The notes under the pieces were generated by a model. That model saw only the letters and a list, made by a program, of their open reading frames with translations. It was not told where the DNA came from and did no database searches. 64,000 bases of DNA from an uncultured Bacteroidales bacterium (GTDB lineage Bacteria > Bacteroidota > Bacteroidia > Bacteroidales > VadinHA17): the NCBI GenBank assembly GCA_963778605.1, contig CAVZVF010000001.1, forward strand, positions 857,757-921,756, in the 5' to 3' direction. The position numbers and the translations under genes are program-made. Shown here piece after piece: positions 19,451 through 29,245 of this stretch; position 1 is the stretch's first letter; each line of letters starts with the position of its first letter.

Positions 19451-22400
19451 TCAGAAGGATATTTGTGCACCCAGGGCGAGTATCCGCGTAAGGGGATATG
19501 AATTAACACCTGCCAGTTCAGGATCGGTGAAATCCTGAGCTGACCAGATGGTCCACAGATTCTGTCCGGAGAAATAGACCTTCATATCTTTAGCCCTGAT
19601 AGATTTCAGAACACTTCCAGGAATAGTATAACTAAGCTGGAGGCTGTTCTAACGTGCAAAGGAAATATCATCATAAAAGTAAGTGCTGACAAAATCATCT
19701 GACCTCCAATACTCATCATTCCAGTTAAATGCTCTGGGCCTTGAGGCATCGGTATTTTCAGTGGTCCATCTGCCTATGGCATCCCTCATAAAATAATTAC
19801 CCGCCAGTCCTCTCTGAATATTAGTATCCAGCCTTTCCAGGCTCTTCCGACACCCTGTACAAGTGCAGTTAACTGCCAATTCCGTATTTCATATTAAAAT
19901 CTACTCCAAAAGATAATTCCGGAGTTGCAGTAAGAGGAAATAATTGCCTGTCCGCGCCATCTATCTTGCCATCTTTGTTATAATCCTCCAAAATCAAGTC
20001 GCCTGGTGCAGCGCCTGAAACATGAGGATAGGAATCAAGATTTGCCTCATCCTTGAAAATACCTATCCACTTATAAAGGAGAAGTGCTCCCTGAGGCTTC
20101 CCGGTCCGGACCTGCCATGCTACAGATTGAGTAGGTTCATCAAATTCAATAATTTTATTGCGGGCAAAATTCAGGTTTCCATTTATTCCATAACTCAAAT
20201 CTCCCTTTGCATCATTGTATCCCAATACAAGTTCAAACCCGGGCTGTCAACAATTCCAAAATTTTCATCAGGCAGGGAAAGTCCTGTAAACTGAGGCACC
20301 GATGCATTTCTCTGAACAAGGATATTATTTCGTCTTTCGTAGAAAAAGTCGGTGTTGAAAGTAAACTTTTTAAAGAATGTAGACTCCCAGCCAAAATTAA
20401 TGATATTTGCTACTTCCCAGGTTATATTGGGATTTGGAGTTCCGGCTCGTGAAAGACCGGCTTCATAATTCTTTTCAGGTGCATAGTGGAACTCCCGTAG
20501 AAAATTCATACATTGTAAGGTACTGAAATGGATTAACAGCGTTGTTACCCATTTGTCCCCATGAGGTTTTGAGCTTGAAAAAATCAATGAAGCCAAGACT
20601 ATTTTTCCACCAATCTTCGTTTGACATTCTCACTCATAAGCAAGAAGGGGAACCTATATCAGCGCCCCGATTCTTTTGAAAACCTCAAAGAACCATCTCT
20701 TCGAAGAGTAAACTGTAATAAATATGTACTATTATAATCATAACTTAAACGTCCAAAATAGTTCATCCGTGCATCAAGTCCGACCGAGGCATTGTTTGTT
20801 TTTTCTTCATCGCCTCCTGCAAAAAGGTATGGTAACTGATCAGAAAGAAAAATATCGACGGTTAGCATTAAAAGACTCCCAATTATCTTCATTTTGTTCG
20901 AATGCAATAAAAGCATCAATATTATGAAAACCGCCAAATGTATTTTTGTAGTCAAGTCTTATCCTGGAAGTCTTTGTATAAGATTCACTGGAGGTTTCTA
21001 TCAGGAACGGTTCTGATACACCTACCTGGGATCCGATAAGGAAATCAGATCCGTCTTCCTTTCCTGGACCTCCGACAGCCAGGTAAGCATCCTTATCAAA
21101 GTAATATAGCTTGAAAGGTTTGCTGAAATACTTATTCCCCTCCTGTAATAAACATCATAGGCATACTGTCCTGTTAAACTTAGCCCTTTAACCCATGGTA
21201 TTTTAAAAGAGGCAGTAAACATGTTATTACTATAGTAACGCTTATCATGTTCAAAACCTGACGCATTAGTAGAAATTACCACTGGTTGTGCGCCCCTTTC
21301 AAAATCCGGGCCCGGTAATCCGTTGGGCCAGAATGCGGGGGAAGAAGGCCACATCTGATTTGTCAGATCAAAAATTTCATACTCAATATTACTGCGAGAA
21401 TAGGTACCACCAGAGTATGTAGAGTAATTTCGATTTTCCTGGATACCGGTCAGATCAAAGCCAAAACTCAAATATTCATTAACTTTTATATCAATGTTAG
21501 CCTTTAAATTATTTCTTGTATAATTGGTCGATTTTGAATTATAGAGTCCATCGTCAGACTGGTTGCCATAGGAAACAAAATAACTGACATTCTGAGATCC
21601 GCCATTTATAGATAAACTATGATTCTGGGTAGTGCTGTAATCTTTAAATACTGCACCATACCAGTCTGTATTCGGATGTGTCCATGGATAGTCTCCCAAC
21701 TGATACTCTGGCTATATCATCAAGAGAGTACCTCATACTGGCCTCAGGAGTTCCTTTGTAAGACTGATACTCACGTATCATTGTTGCATAAGTTGCAGCA
21801 TCAGCCATTTCCGTTAGCTTGGTTGGAGAATTGAATCCCAGAGTATAACGGTATGTAAGAGTTGGTGCGGTATTTATTGCCCCACGTTTCGTGGTAACAA
21901 GAATGACCCCATTGGCTGCCCTTGCACCGTAAATTGCAGCTGATGCATCTTTAAGCACTGATATGCTTTCTATATCATCCGGATTCAAGGAGTTTAAATC
22001 CCGGTCGGTTATGCCATCCACTACAATCAGAGGGGAATTATTTCCAAGTGTTGCATTACCTCTTATACGAATAGTGGCTGCATCATTCCCAGGATCCCCT
22101 GATCCTTGCATGAATATTGCTCCGGGTAAGCGACCGGCAAGCATATTCGATACACTGGAAACAGGAGCAACAGTCATCTCCTTGTTGCTGATCTGAGTTA
22201 TTGAACCAATCACATTGACTTTTTTCTGCGATCCATATCCGATCACAACAACTTCATCAAGTCCAAGCACTTCACTTGCAAGAATAACATCCAGATTTGT
22301 TCTGCCATTTAAAGGAGTTTCCTGGTTAATATAACCGATAAATGAGAATATAAGAGTTGCATTCTTATCAGGAACTGATATCGTATATTTACCATCCATC

Positions 22401-22901
22401 CCGGTTATAGTGCCAATTGTTGTACCTTTTACTGTAATGTTTACGCCAGGCATAGGTTCGCCTGTATTGCTATCAGTAACAGTGCCGTAAATTACCAGTT
22501 GTTGCACGATATCTGCCGCATCTGTTTCTTTGGAAGATATTCCGGAGCAAGAATGATCTTACGGTCAATGATAGTATACTTCACATCGGTGCCGGTAAAT
22601 AAATCATCCAATATTTTACTAATTAATTGGTCATTTTCAGAAATACTGACTTTACGTTCGGTATCAAGAAGTTTTTCATTGTACAGGAAGAAAAATTCAC
22701 TTTCATCTTCAATTTTATCAAGTACCTTGACAAGTCGGTATCTGAAAAATTGAGAGAAAGCCTTGTTTTCTGCGAATAGGCGTCATTAGCACGTACTTGC
22801 AGAATTCCGAGAATCATAAGAATAACAGCAATACGCATGATTAGTAAGGTTTTTTTCAGAGAACGATAAAACAATTCCCCGAAAGGTTTGTTTTTTTTCA
22901 T
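19451..22901 (-). pseudogene. susC: SusC/RagA-type TonB-dependent receptor with STN signalling domain; at least 7 frame breaks as assembled
   Basis: ORF pieces are 22623..22901 (signal and STN-like region), 21644..22507 (CarboxypepD_reg YGTVTDSNTGEPMPGVNITVKGT plus plug), 21022..21699, 20659..20955, 20195..20596, 19869..20225 and 19649..19879. A manually translated C-terminus reads ...NSLQLSYTIPGSVLKSIRAKDMKVYFSGQNLWTIWSAQDF...LALGAQISF*, ending at 19451. Confidence 0.9.
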
Positions 22902-23067
22902 AGATTTGTAATGTTTTAAGTTAAAAAATATCGAAATGATGTTTTTTAAGGAAATCGTTGACGCGATTTCCTTTTTTTACTCACATTCTAAGGCCGTTAT
23001 TTTTTTCATAGTTATAGGTTTTTAAGATTAGTATTATTATTTTTCATATAAATGGTTACTTTTTCTT

Positions 23068-24075
23068 TTATTGAAGTTCCATCTGGCAAAAGTTACGCGG
23101 AGTAATTTGATACGTGATAGGAGAGGTCATTGATAAAAACCGGAGAACATCTTCAAGTTTATCATCCTTGAAATGTTGCACGGAAAGAATATTTCTCAAG
23201 TTCCTTGTCGGCAATTCAACTTTTACATTGTACCATCGTTCAATACGTCTGGCTACTTCAGCCATAGGATCACCCCTGAAAACGAGCTTACCTTCTGTCC
23301 AGGCATTGTACTTTGCAGGATCAGTAACCGATTTCTGATATTTCCATTCTGAAAAACCAATCTTTCCGATGGAAGCATTGTTACTTTTCATTACCTTATT
23401 ATCAAAAAATTCCACTTTCCCCTCCTGAAGGACTACCTCTACATAATTTTCGCCGGGTAAGCACTCAGATTAAAACTGGTTCCCAGTACCTTAACTCGTT
23501 GAATTACCGGCATTGATCTCAAAAGGATGATCTTCATCCCGGCTCACTTCAAACCATGCTTCTCCCTCAAGTTTTACTGTCGGTTGTTGATAAACGGAAG
23601 CGAATAGCTGAGCTGGAACCGCTGTTAAGCATGCCTGTAGTACCATCAGGAAGATTGAAGGAAACCCTGGCTCCCAAAGGGGCATAAATGGTGGAACTTA
23701 CCTGCTGGTCTGTATTGTCTTATTATTATTGCCCAGATAACTGTAAATCAGTCCTCCTGCAAACAGTAAAGGTAAAAGCAATATAGCTGCAGCCCTCATA
23801 TAAATCCGGATAAATTTTTGAAAAGGTTTTTGCTTTTTCAAAGTCTCATTTTTTCTGATTATATGATGAACATGGTCAAGCAGGTGATTAAGATTAACTT
23901 CGGAGGAGAGGAATCTTTAAGCATAAGGTCCCAGTCATTTTCAAGATAGTGGCGAAAGTAAGTTATTTTCACCATCATTAAATAGAGATTCCACATCTGT
24001 TTTTTCGATTTCCCCCGACTCTCCTTTAATATATCGTTCGATTTTTTCTATATCTTCCTGTTTCAGCATTGTCAT
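23068..24075 (-). pseudogene. FecR-family anti-sigma factor; at least 4 frame breaks as assembled
   Basis: Manual translation from ATG at 24075 gives MTMLKQEDIEKIERYIKGE... It then passes through a TM segment (AAAILLLPLLFAGGLIY), a FecR domain (VKLEGEAWFEVSRDEDHPFEINAG in ORF 23491..23685) and a C-terminal DUF4974-like part (ORF 23068..23415). Several frames must be joined. Confidence 0.8.
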
Positions 24076-24189
24076 TTTTAGTTATTGATCCACAAGGTGA
24101 TCCTCCTGTTAATTTATATTATACCCTCAGGCAAGGTATATCTCATATCAGAAAATGTATTTTTTTTACTTTATGATTCATACTCCTGC

Positions 24190-24250
24190 AAAAAAACTGA
24201 CAGGTATTGCAGAAATAGAACTATTTATGTGACCTGCAAGTACCTGTCAG
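24190..24250 (-). terminator. Rho-independent terminator between the small-gene cassette and the FecR gene
   Basis: The minus strand reads ctgacaggtacttgcag-(21-nt loop)-ctgcaatacctgtcag, followed by TTTTTTT. That is 16 bp with one bulge and a 7-U tract. Confidence 0.7.
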
Positions 24251-24362
24251 AACACTCTACTAACCTAAACCCTAACCTATGTTATATAATATACCCGCAA
24301 TGAGGTTGATTCTCATGAGGAAAATGAAATAATTTTCACCTTATTGTGATTTTTTAAGGATG

Positions 24363-24436
24363 GCACGGATTTCAACCGGGCAAGAGGTACGGATTTCAAC
24401 CGAACAAGAGGCACGGAATTCAATTCCGCGTCAGCG
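24363..24436. repeat. 24-bp tandem repeat (about 2.5 units) ending in a perfect palindrome
   Basis: ggcacggatttcaaccgggcaaga / ggtacggatttcaaccgaacaaga / ggcacggaattcaattccgcg. The last unit contains CGGAATTcAATTCCG. Related words (gcaaatccgcg, aaattcaatccctgtcg) continue to about 24520. Confidence 0.7.
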
Positions 24437-24627
24437 GCCACAAAGGTAATTCTTGTGAGCTCGCCGCAGGCAAATCCGCGCAAGCAGCTAAATTCAATCC
24501 CTGTCGAAATTTTGAAAATAAGCCTGAAAAGACAGCGGTTGTTGAAGTTATGTTACCATAAAGATGATGATTCTCTTAGTGGAAAGGATATATTAAATAT
24601 ATTCGGATTTAATATTTGTGTGTGACA

Positions 24628-24831
24628 CTAATTTATTTCAAGCTCATTTTTTACTTTAATCAATTTACTATTTCCCGGATAGCTTCTTTTCTTGACTTCA
24701 AAATCCTTTTCAACAAATTCAATCACACTATTATCTGGTATTTTGTCAGACAAATCAGGATTTTCAATGATTTTACGTATCAAATCAAATGTCAATCCGA
24801 TATTTCTGTTTACTATTTCTTTATTTGTCAT
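24628..24831 (-). CDS. Small hypothetical protein (67 aa), second gene of an overlapping pair
   Basis: This is tracked ORF 24628..24873 trimmed to the ATG at 24831 (MTNKEIVNRNIGLTFDLIRKIIENPDLSDKIPDNS...). That ATG overlaps the upstream stop as ATGA (rc of 24828-24831), which suggests translational coupling. I did not recognise a family with confidence. Confidence 0.5.
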   Translation of the reverse strand: MTNKEIVNRNIGLTFDLIRKIIENPDLSDKIPDNSVIEFVEKDFEVKKRSYPGNSKLIKVKNELEIN

Positions 24832-25148
24832 TTTTTTAATCCTTTGAAATATCTCTGTTTGTAATATTCCCATTTGTCTTTTATGTCCTGTTCTGCAAAA
24901 ATTGTCGCTGAGTTCAGATCCGAGATGTCAATTGTAGTCTTAATTTTTTCACCCTTTGGAGTCATCATATCACGATGAAAAAATCCATGCTCAATATCGT
25001 ATCGTATAATTGCAGTCCATTTATTATCAATCAAACTCTCATATTGAACAACTATGTTAATTAATTTACTTTTATCAATCTCCAATCGTACTCTCAATCC
25101 GTCAAATCCTTCTCTATCCAATATTTTAAAGAATTCTTTTCGTTTCAC
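24828..25148 (-). CDS. Small hypothetical protein (106 aa), first gene of an overlapping pair
   Basis: Intact ORF with a GTG start. It contains IIRYDIEHGFFHRDMMTPKGEK, a motif that weakly reminds me of small TA-toxin families such as TumE/DUF6516 (unverified recollection). It is AT-rich relative to its neighbours. Confidence 0.5.
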   Translation of the reverse strand: MKRKEFFKILDREGFDGLRVRLEIDKSKLINIVVQYESLIDNKWTAIIRYDIEHGFFHRDMMTPKGEKIKTTIDISDLNSATIFAEQDIKDKWEYYKQRYFKGLKK

Positions 25149-25279
25149 TTATCAGATGATTTATTACAATCTTACATAAAAATATCATTTATACACAGAC
25201 TCTATAAAAATCAGATGATTTATAAAAGGAAAGATAATGATTAATAAGACATATCTGAATCGTTGCAGGAATTTTTTGT

Positions 25280-25340
25280 CTCACCCGCTCCTCTGTGAGC
25301 ACCTGTCCCCTGGAAGCGGGAGGGGACTGGAGAAGGTGAG
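25280..25340. repeat. Nested GC-rich hairpin element just downstream of the ECF sigma gene
   Basis: The outer stem is ctcacc...ggtgag (25280-25285 / 25335-25340). The inner stem is gtcccct-ggaagcggg-aggggac (25305-25327). It resembles the hairpin at 38397-38418 (C/T-rich arm, G/A-rich arm, preceded by ctcaccc). Confidence 0.5.
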
Positions 25341-25343
25341 CAA

Positions 25344-25928
25344 TTAAAAGAAAAACAACGAAACAAACAGAAGTAAAGCCAAATCTTCCTTGCAGAGCCG
25401 TTTTAGTATGAATTTCAGATTTTCCGAAATATAATTATCTATTGTGCCAGGTGAAAGACCAAGCTCTGATGCAATCTCTTTGGTTGTTTTGCCCTCCTTA
25501 CGACTTTTCATGAAAATGATTTTTTGTCTTTCAGGGAGTTTTTCAACAATTTGATCCACCCGGTTCAGAACAGACTGAAAATCGATTTTGTCTTCAGTTT
25601 CAGAGGAAGACTGACGATTCTCATAAAGTGTGTCACCAATGAATTTTTGCAGGTAACTTCTTTTACGGAAGAGCTTACAAATATCGTTATAAGCAATGGT
25701 GAAAAGATATGATTTGAATGATAATTCCTTATCAATATGTTTGCGGTTCTCCCATATTTTCAAAAAGACCGATTGTACAAGTTCTTCAGCCTCATCTGTC
25801 GACCGGAGGTATTTCAAACTAAATGAATATAGTTTTCCCGAATACTTTTCGTAAATCAGATCGAAAGCTTCCACATTCCCTCCATGCAGCCTTTCAACCA
25901 ATTCATAATCAATGGGAAAGGATTTCAA
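25344..25928 (-). CDS. ECF-type RNA polymerase sigma-70 family factor
   Basis: 194-aa ORF with an apparent TTG start. Region 2 (FDLIYEKYSGKLYSF...) and region 4 HTH (TTKEIASELGLSPGTIDNYISE) are present. It sits at the head of the FecR-SusC-SusD locus. Confidence 0.9.
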   Translation of the reverse strand: MKSFPIDYELVERLHGGNVEAFDLIYEKYSGKLYSFSLKYLRSTDEAEELVQSVFLKIWENRKHIDKELSFKSYLFTIAYNDICKLFRKRSYLQKFIGDTLYENRQSSSETEDKIDFQSVLNRVDQIVEKLPERQKIIFMKSRKEGKTTKEIASELGLSPGTIDNYISENLKFILKRLCKEDLALLLFVSLFFF

Positions 25929-26034
25929 TTAGGCTTTTTTAGTTTTAGTAATGTAAATATACGATTAAATTCTATTAATTTCAATATCTAAATCTCTTAT
26001 AATTATTATTATAGAGTATGCAATTAATATGTCA

Positions 26035-26145
26035 TTAATCCACACATTTGCCTTATAATTAACACTATGGAGCAAAAGATATATATTGTTGCCAGTCTGT
26101 TTCACAGTTAGTCTGAATTCAGATCGATCCCACCAGAGTACATTA
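26035..26145 (-). pseudogene. Ghost fragment of a GH2 paralog (~110 bp, ~85% identical by eye to 28768..28880 of the adjacent GH2 gene)
   Basis: Tracked ORF 25965..26177 contains VLWWDRSEFRLTVKQTGNNIYLLLHSVNYKANVWIN. The GH2 protein has HWWYRSEFSLPVKQAGNNTYLLLHSVNYKANVWING. The nucleotide alignment is colinear and the flanks are unrelated. Confidence 0.75.
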
Positions 26146-26199
26146 AGGATAGTTATTAGTTTGGTATATATTTTCACTATTTCCTATTTCCGAACCTTA

Positions 26200-29100
26200 T
26201 TATTGGTTTTTTACCGGAAAGAAGTGATCTTCTCCCGCGATGACTGTTTCCGGAGGATACTCACCTATGGTTACATGATGCATTCCTGCCTCATGCAACT
26301 TGACGTAGGGCCAGATTAAGACCTTACTTTCTCCAGGAGCCAGGGCAATGCGTTTATAATCCTGTGTTCGTCCGTCAATATACAGGTACTGCCTGGTCTC
26401 TAATATGCTGGTTCCAACTTTTGCATCATTTGTAACTTTGACACTTACTATGAAATTTCGCCCCAAACCAATACTTTCCGGAGCAATAAACTCTGTATAT
26501 TTAAATTGTGGCGTCACATCGTGGTTGGGTTCACTAAGTGTATATTCTCCGGGCTTAATATTCCAACCATCAATCATCAGATGTGGCGTTTCCCCTGCCA
26601 GAAGTCCGATGTCAAAAGTCGCCGTGATCAAATAACTCTGATTTGGAAGCAAACTGATGTAATTCGCACTCCAGTAAACTGGTAATACTTCCGTGCCATG
26701 TAATCCTTTCAAAATAGTCGGATTAATGAAAAATGCCAGCTTATTGGATGGATTCTTCACTGCTATATGAGCCGTGGAATATTTTCCATTTTGTTCAAAG
26801 GTTGAGGTTACCTGCAAATCAACCGTAGGGAGGGCTGACAGATTACGGAAATCAGCTTGCAAATCTCCTTTCGCTGACAACCAGTAGAAATTTCTGCTAA
26901 TCTGTTTTCCCTTTTCATCCTTCATTTCCAGATTCAGAAAATAAGTATTTGAAAGTCCATTTATTTCCGGAATCTGAAACACCTTTTCGGAGCCATCGGA
27001 TCCTATGTTAATTGAACCGGTTTTTTGATATTTTTCAGTCATATCCAGATTATACACAGTTGCCGTAACCTGCAAGTTCGTAAAAGATTGGTAGAAACTG
27101 TTTACAACATATACGGAATTATCGTCATAGGCATACTGCACATGAAGGGGTTCACAGGCCGTTTGTGTGCCAAATAAGGCTCCGCTTGGCCGTGAATAAT
27201 AATCGTAGAATTGAAAACATAATGCCGGCCAACCTGTATTATACCGGTATTTCAAGTTGCCACTGGTCAAATATTTCTTTCGGGCGGTGGCTTCAAATAT
27301 TGCCCTGTTTGATTCATATTGCCATGGCTGTGATTTTACGCAATAGTCTTCAACTGATTGGGGGCTACCATACCGGTCATAAAAGAATTGCCTGCCCTTT
27401 TCGTACATACCCTGCCATAATCGGATATCCCATGACCCACTTATGGGCCAAAGATCATACTCAGGCATCATGGCTCGCATACTTTCAATGGGTGGTATCT
27501 GCTCACCTCCAACACCACCAGATTCCCAATTTAGTCCTTCCATCTTATACCACTCTGAAGGAGCAACATCTCTCCCGGGTCTTTCACTATAACCTGTATA
27601 ACCGAAAATATTACTGATTCTATTTGGCATAACAGTAATATAAGGTGTTCCCGGATCATTATTATTTACTACATCGATATACCGTCGTTCAATTTCCTCC
27701 GGGGGATAATTATCACTTCCAAGTACCCAATTGACTATGCTTGGATGGTTACGCAACCGTATAACCTGATCCTGAAGACTGGCCACAGCAACATCAGCTG
27801 TGTGTTCAGTCCATTTATCCCATTCCTCCCAGATCGAACAACAGTTTAGTCCGTTAAAGATCATTATGCCATACTTATCAGCTAAATCGAAAAAATAATC
27901 GGATCCCCAAAAGCTTTCCAACCGAAGAGTATTCAGATTCATGTTTTTGGCATATCTGATGGCTGCCTCTTCTTCGGCGGGTGTTGTCTCCATCATCATG
28001 TTTTCGGTCCAGTCCCCTCCCCGGATAAGAATACGTTTCCCATTGATCCAGTGCACCATAATTCTTTTTTGGGTATATGGTCCATTTCCATTTTTATCTG
28101 CTCCTGCACTTTGCCCGATCATAGGGACACTATCTTCATATGCTTCCAGCTTTGCAGATACTTCGCGGACACCAAATCGTACTGTGTCTCGTTCTGAAAT
28201 GACCCCTGATTTCGTTTTGACTTCCAAGACTAAATCATATAAATTCTGCTGCCCCACGTTAACAGGCCACCAGACTTTCGGGTTCGTGATCTCCAGTTGT
28301 TTTGAAAAACTGATGGATTCCCCTTTTCCCAGATTGATGTTTTGAGAAAATGTGATCTTTCCCGGACTGCCTTCTGATGTTCCACCCTCATTGATGTTAT
28401 TTACATGGGTAATTGTGCCCTCCAGGATTCCCCTGATCGCGCCGCTTACTTTGTTTATTAATGTACCGGATACTGTAAGATGGGCCCTATCCATTGCTGG
28501 CAAGTTTAGCTTTGTAACCACATGGGGATCTTTAAGATGGATCGGTCCTCCGGATGTAATTATTACATCGTACCAGATACCTGCGTCATTATCAGGCGGC
28601 AGACGGGTTCCCTGCATCCACCGGATGGAAGGATCAAGGCCTGTGGGTGGTACAATTTCCAGGGCAATGGCATTCATATTACCAGGTGTGACATAATCGG
28701 TAATATCTAATTCAAATAACCGAAAGGCTCCTTCGATTTCTGTAAGGTCTTTAACCAATCTGCCGTTAATCCATACATTTGCTTTATAATTTACACTATG
28801 GAGTAAAAGATATGTGTTATTGCCGGCTTGTTTCACAGGCAGGCTGAATTCAGACCGATACCACCAGTGTACATTGAAGGGACTACCTTTCGGCATATCC
28901 AATCTATAACCAGGTTGATAACCGGGAATCTTAGAGAGATTGGTTCCGTAATAGGGATCAGGATAGACGCCATTCTCTACAAGGGCTGCCAAAACTGTGG
29001 ACGCACCTGTGGTTGGATACCAGCTGGTGTCATCATAATTAACCCGTGAAATTACATCTCCATTCCCTTGTACCTGAGTGCCGGATTGGATTGTCCATTT

Positions 29101-29220
29101 TTTGATGACAGTTTGTCCAAATACCGGCTGGCTCGATACAATTAAAACAATTCCAATTTTTAAAATTGCAATTAATAATGGATGAAAATGTCTTCTTATT
29201 CTGTGCGAGACCCTTTTCAT
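26200..29220 (-). CDS. Glycoside hydrolase family 2 protein (exo-beta-glucosaminidase / beta-mannosidase-like), secreted
   Basis: Tracked ORF 26200..29322, trimmed to the ATG at 29220 (MKRVSHRIRRHFHPLLIAILKIGIVLIVSSQPVFGQ signal). The longer start would overlap the upstream gene by 77 nt. It has a GH2 sugar-binding N-terminus (TVLAALVENGVYPDPYYGTNL) and a TIM-barrel region. Confidence 0.8.
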   Translation of the reverse strand: MKRVSHRIRRHFHPLLIAILKIGIVLIVSSQPVFGQTVIKKWTIQSGTQVQGNGDVISRVNYDDTSWYPTTGASTVLAALVENGVYPDPYYGTNLSKIPGYQPGYRLDMPKGSPFNVHWWYRSEFSLPVKQAGNNTYLLLHSVNYKANVWINGRLVKDLTEIEGAFRLFELDITDYVTPGNMNAIALEIVPPTGLDPSIRWMQGTRLPPDNDAGIWYDVIITSGGPIHLKDPHVVTKLNLPAMDRAHLTVSGTLINKVSGAIRGILEGTITHVNNINEGGTSEGSPGKITFSQNINLGKGESISFSKQLEITNPKVWWPVNVGQQNLYDLVLEVKTKSGVISERDTVRFGVREVSAKLEAYEDSVPMIGQSAGADKNGNGPYTQKRIMVHWINGKRILIRGGDWTENMMMETTPAEEEAAIRYAKNMNLNTLRLESFWGSDYFFDLADKYGIMIFNGLNCCSIWEEWDKWTEHTADVAVASLQDQVIRLRNHPSIVNWVLGSDNYPPEEIERRYIDVVNNNDPGTPYITVMPNRISNIFGYTGYSERPGRDVAPSEWYKMEGLNWESGGVGGEQIPPIESMRAMMPEYDLWPISGSWDIRLWQGMYEKGRQFFYDRYGSPQSVEDYCVKSQPWQYESNRAIFEATARKKYLTSGNLKYRYNTGWPALCFQFYDYYSRPSGALFGTQTACEPLHVQYAYDDNSVYVVNSFYQSFTNLQVTATVYNLDMTEKYQKTGSINIGSDGSEKVFQIPEINGLSNTYFLNLEMKDEKGKQISRNFYWLSAKGDLQADFRNLSALPTVDLQVTSTFEQNGKYSTAHIAVKNPSNKLAFFINPTILKGLHGTEVLPVYWSANYISLLPNQSYLITATFDIGLLAGETPHLMIDGWNIKPGEYTLSEPNHDVTPQFKYTEFIAPESIGLGRNFIVSVKVTNDAKVGTSILETRQYLYIDGRTQDYKRIALAPGESKVLIWPYVKLHEAGMHHVTIGEYPPETVIAGEDHFFPVKNQ

Positions 29221-29245
29221 CTTATTTATTTGGAAAACCTTAAAT

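Noticed and set aside
22950-22978. Hairpin ggaaatcg-ttgacg-cgatttcc followed by T7 in the FecR-SusC gap as a terminator
   Set aside because: The T-run follows the hairpin only on the plus strand, while all neighbouring genes are on the minus strand. On the minus strand it is followed by ttaaaaaac. At most it could stop antisense transcription, so it is not called as a feature.
26035-28880. GH2 fragment pair as a diversity-generating retroelement template/variable repeat
   Set aside because: Mismatches between the copies are a mix of transitions and transversions at all four bases, not adenine-specific. No reverse transcriptase is nearby, and the intact copy lies in the N-terminal part of the gene rather than at its 3' end.
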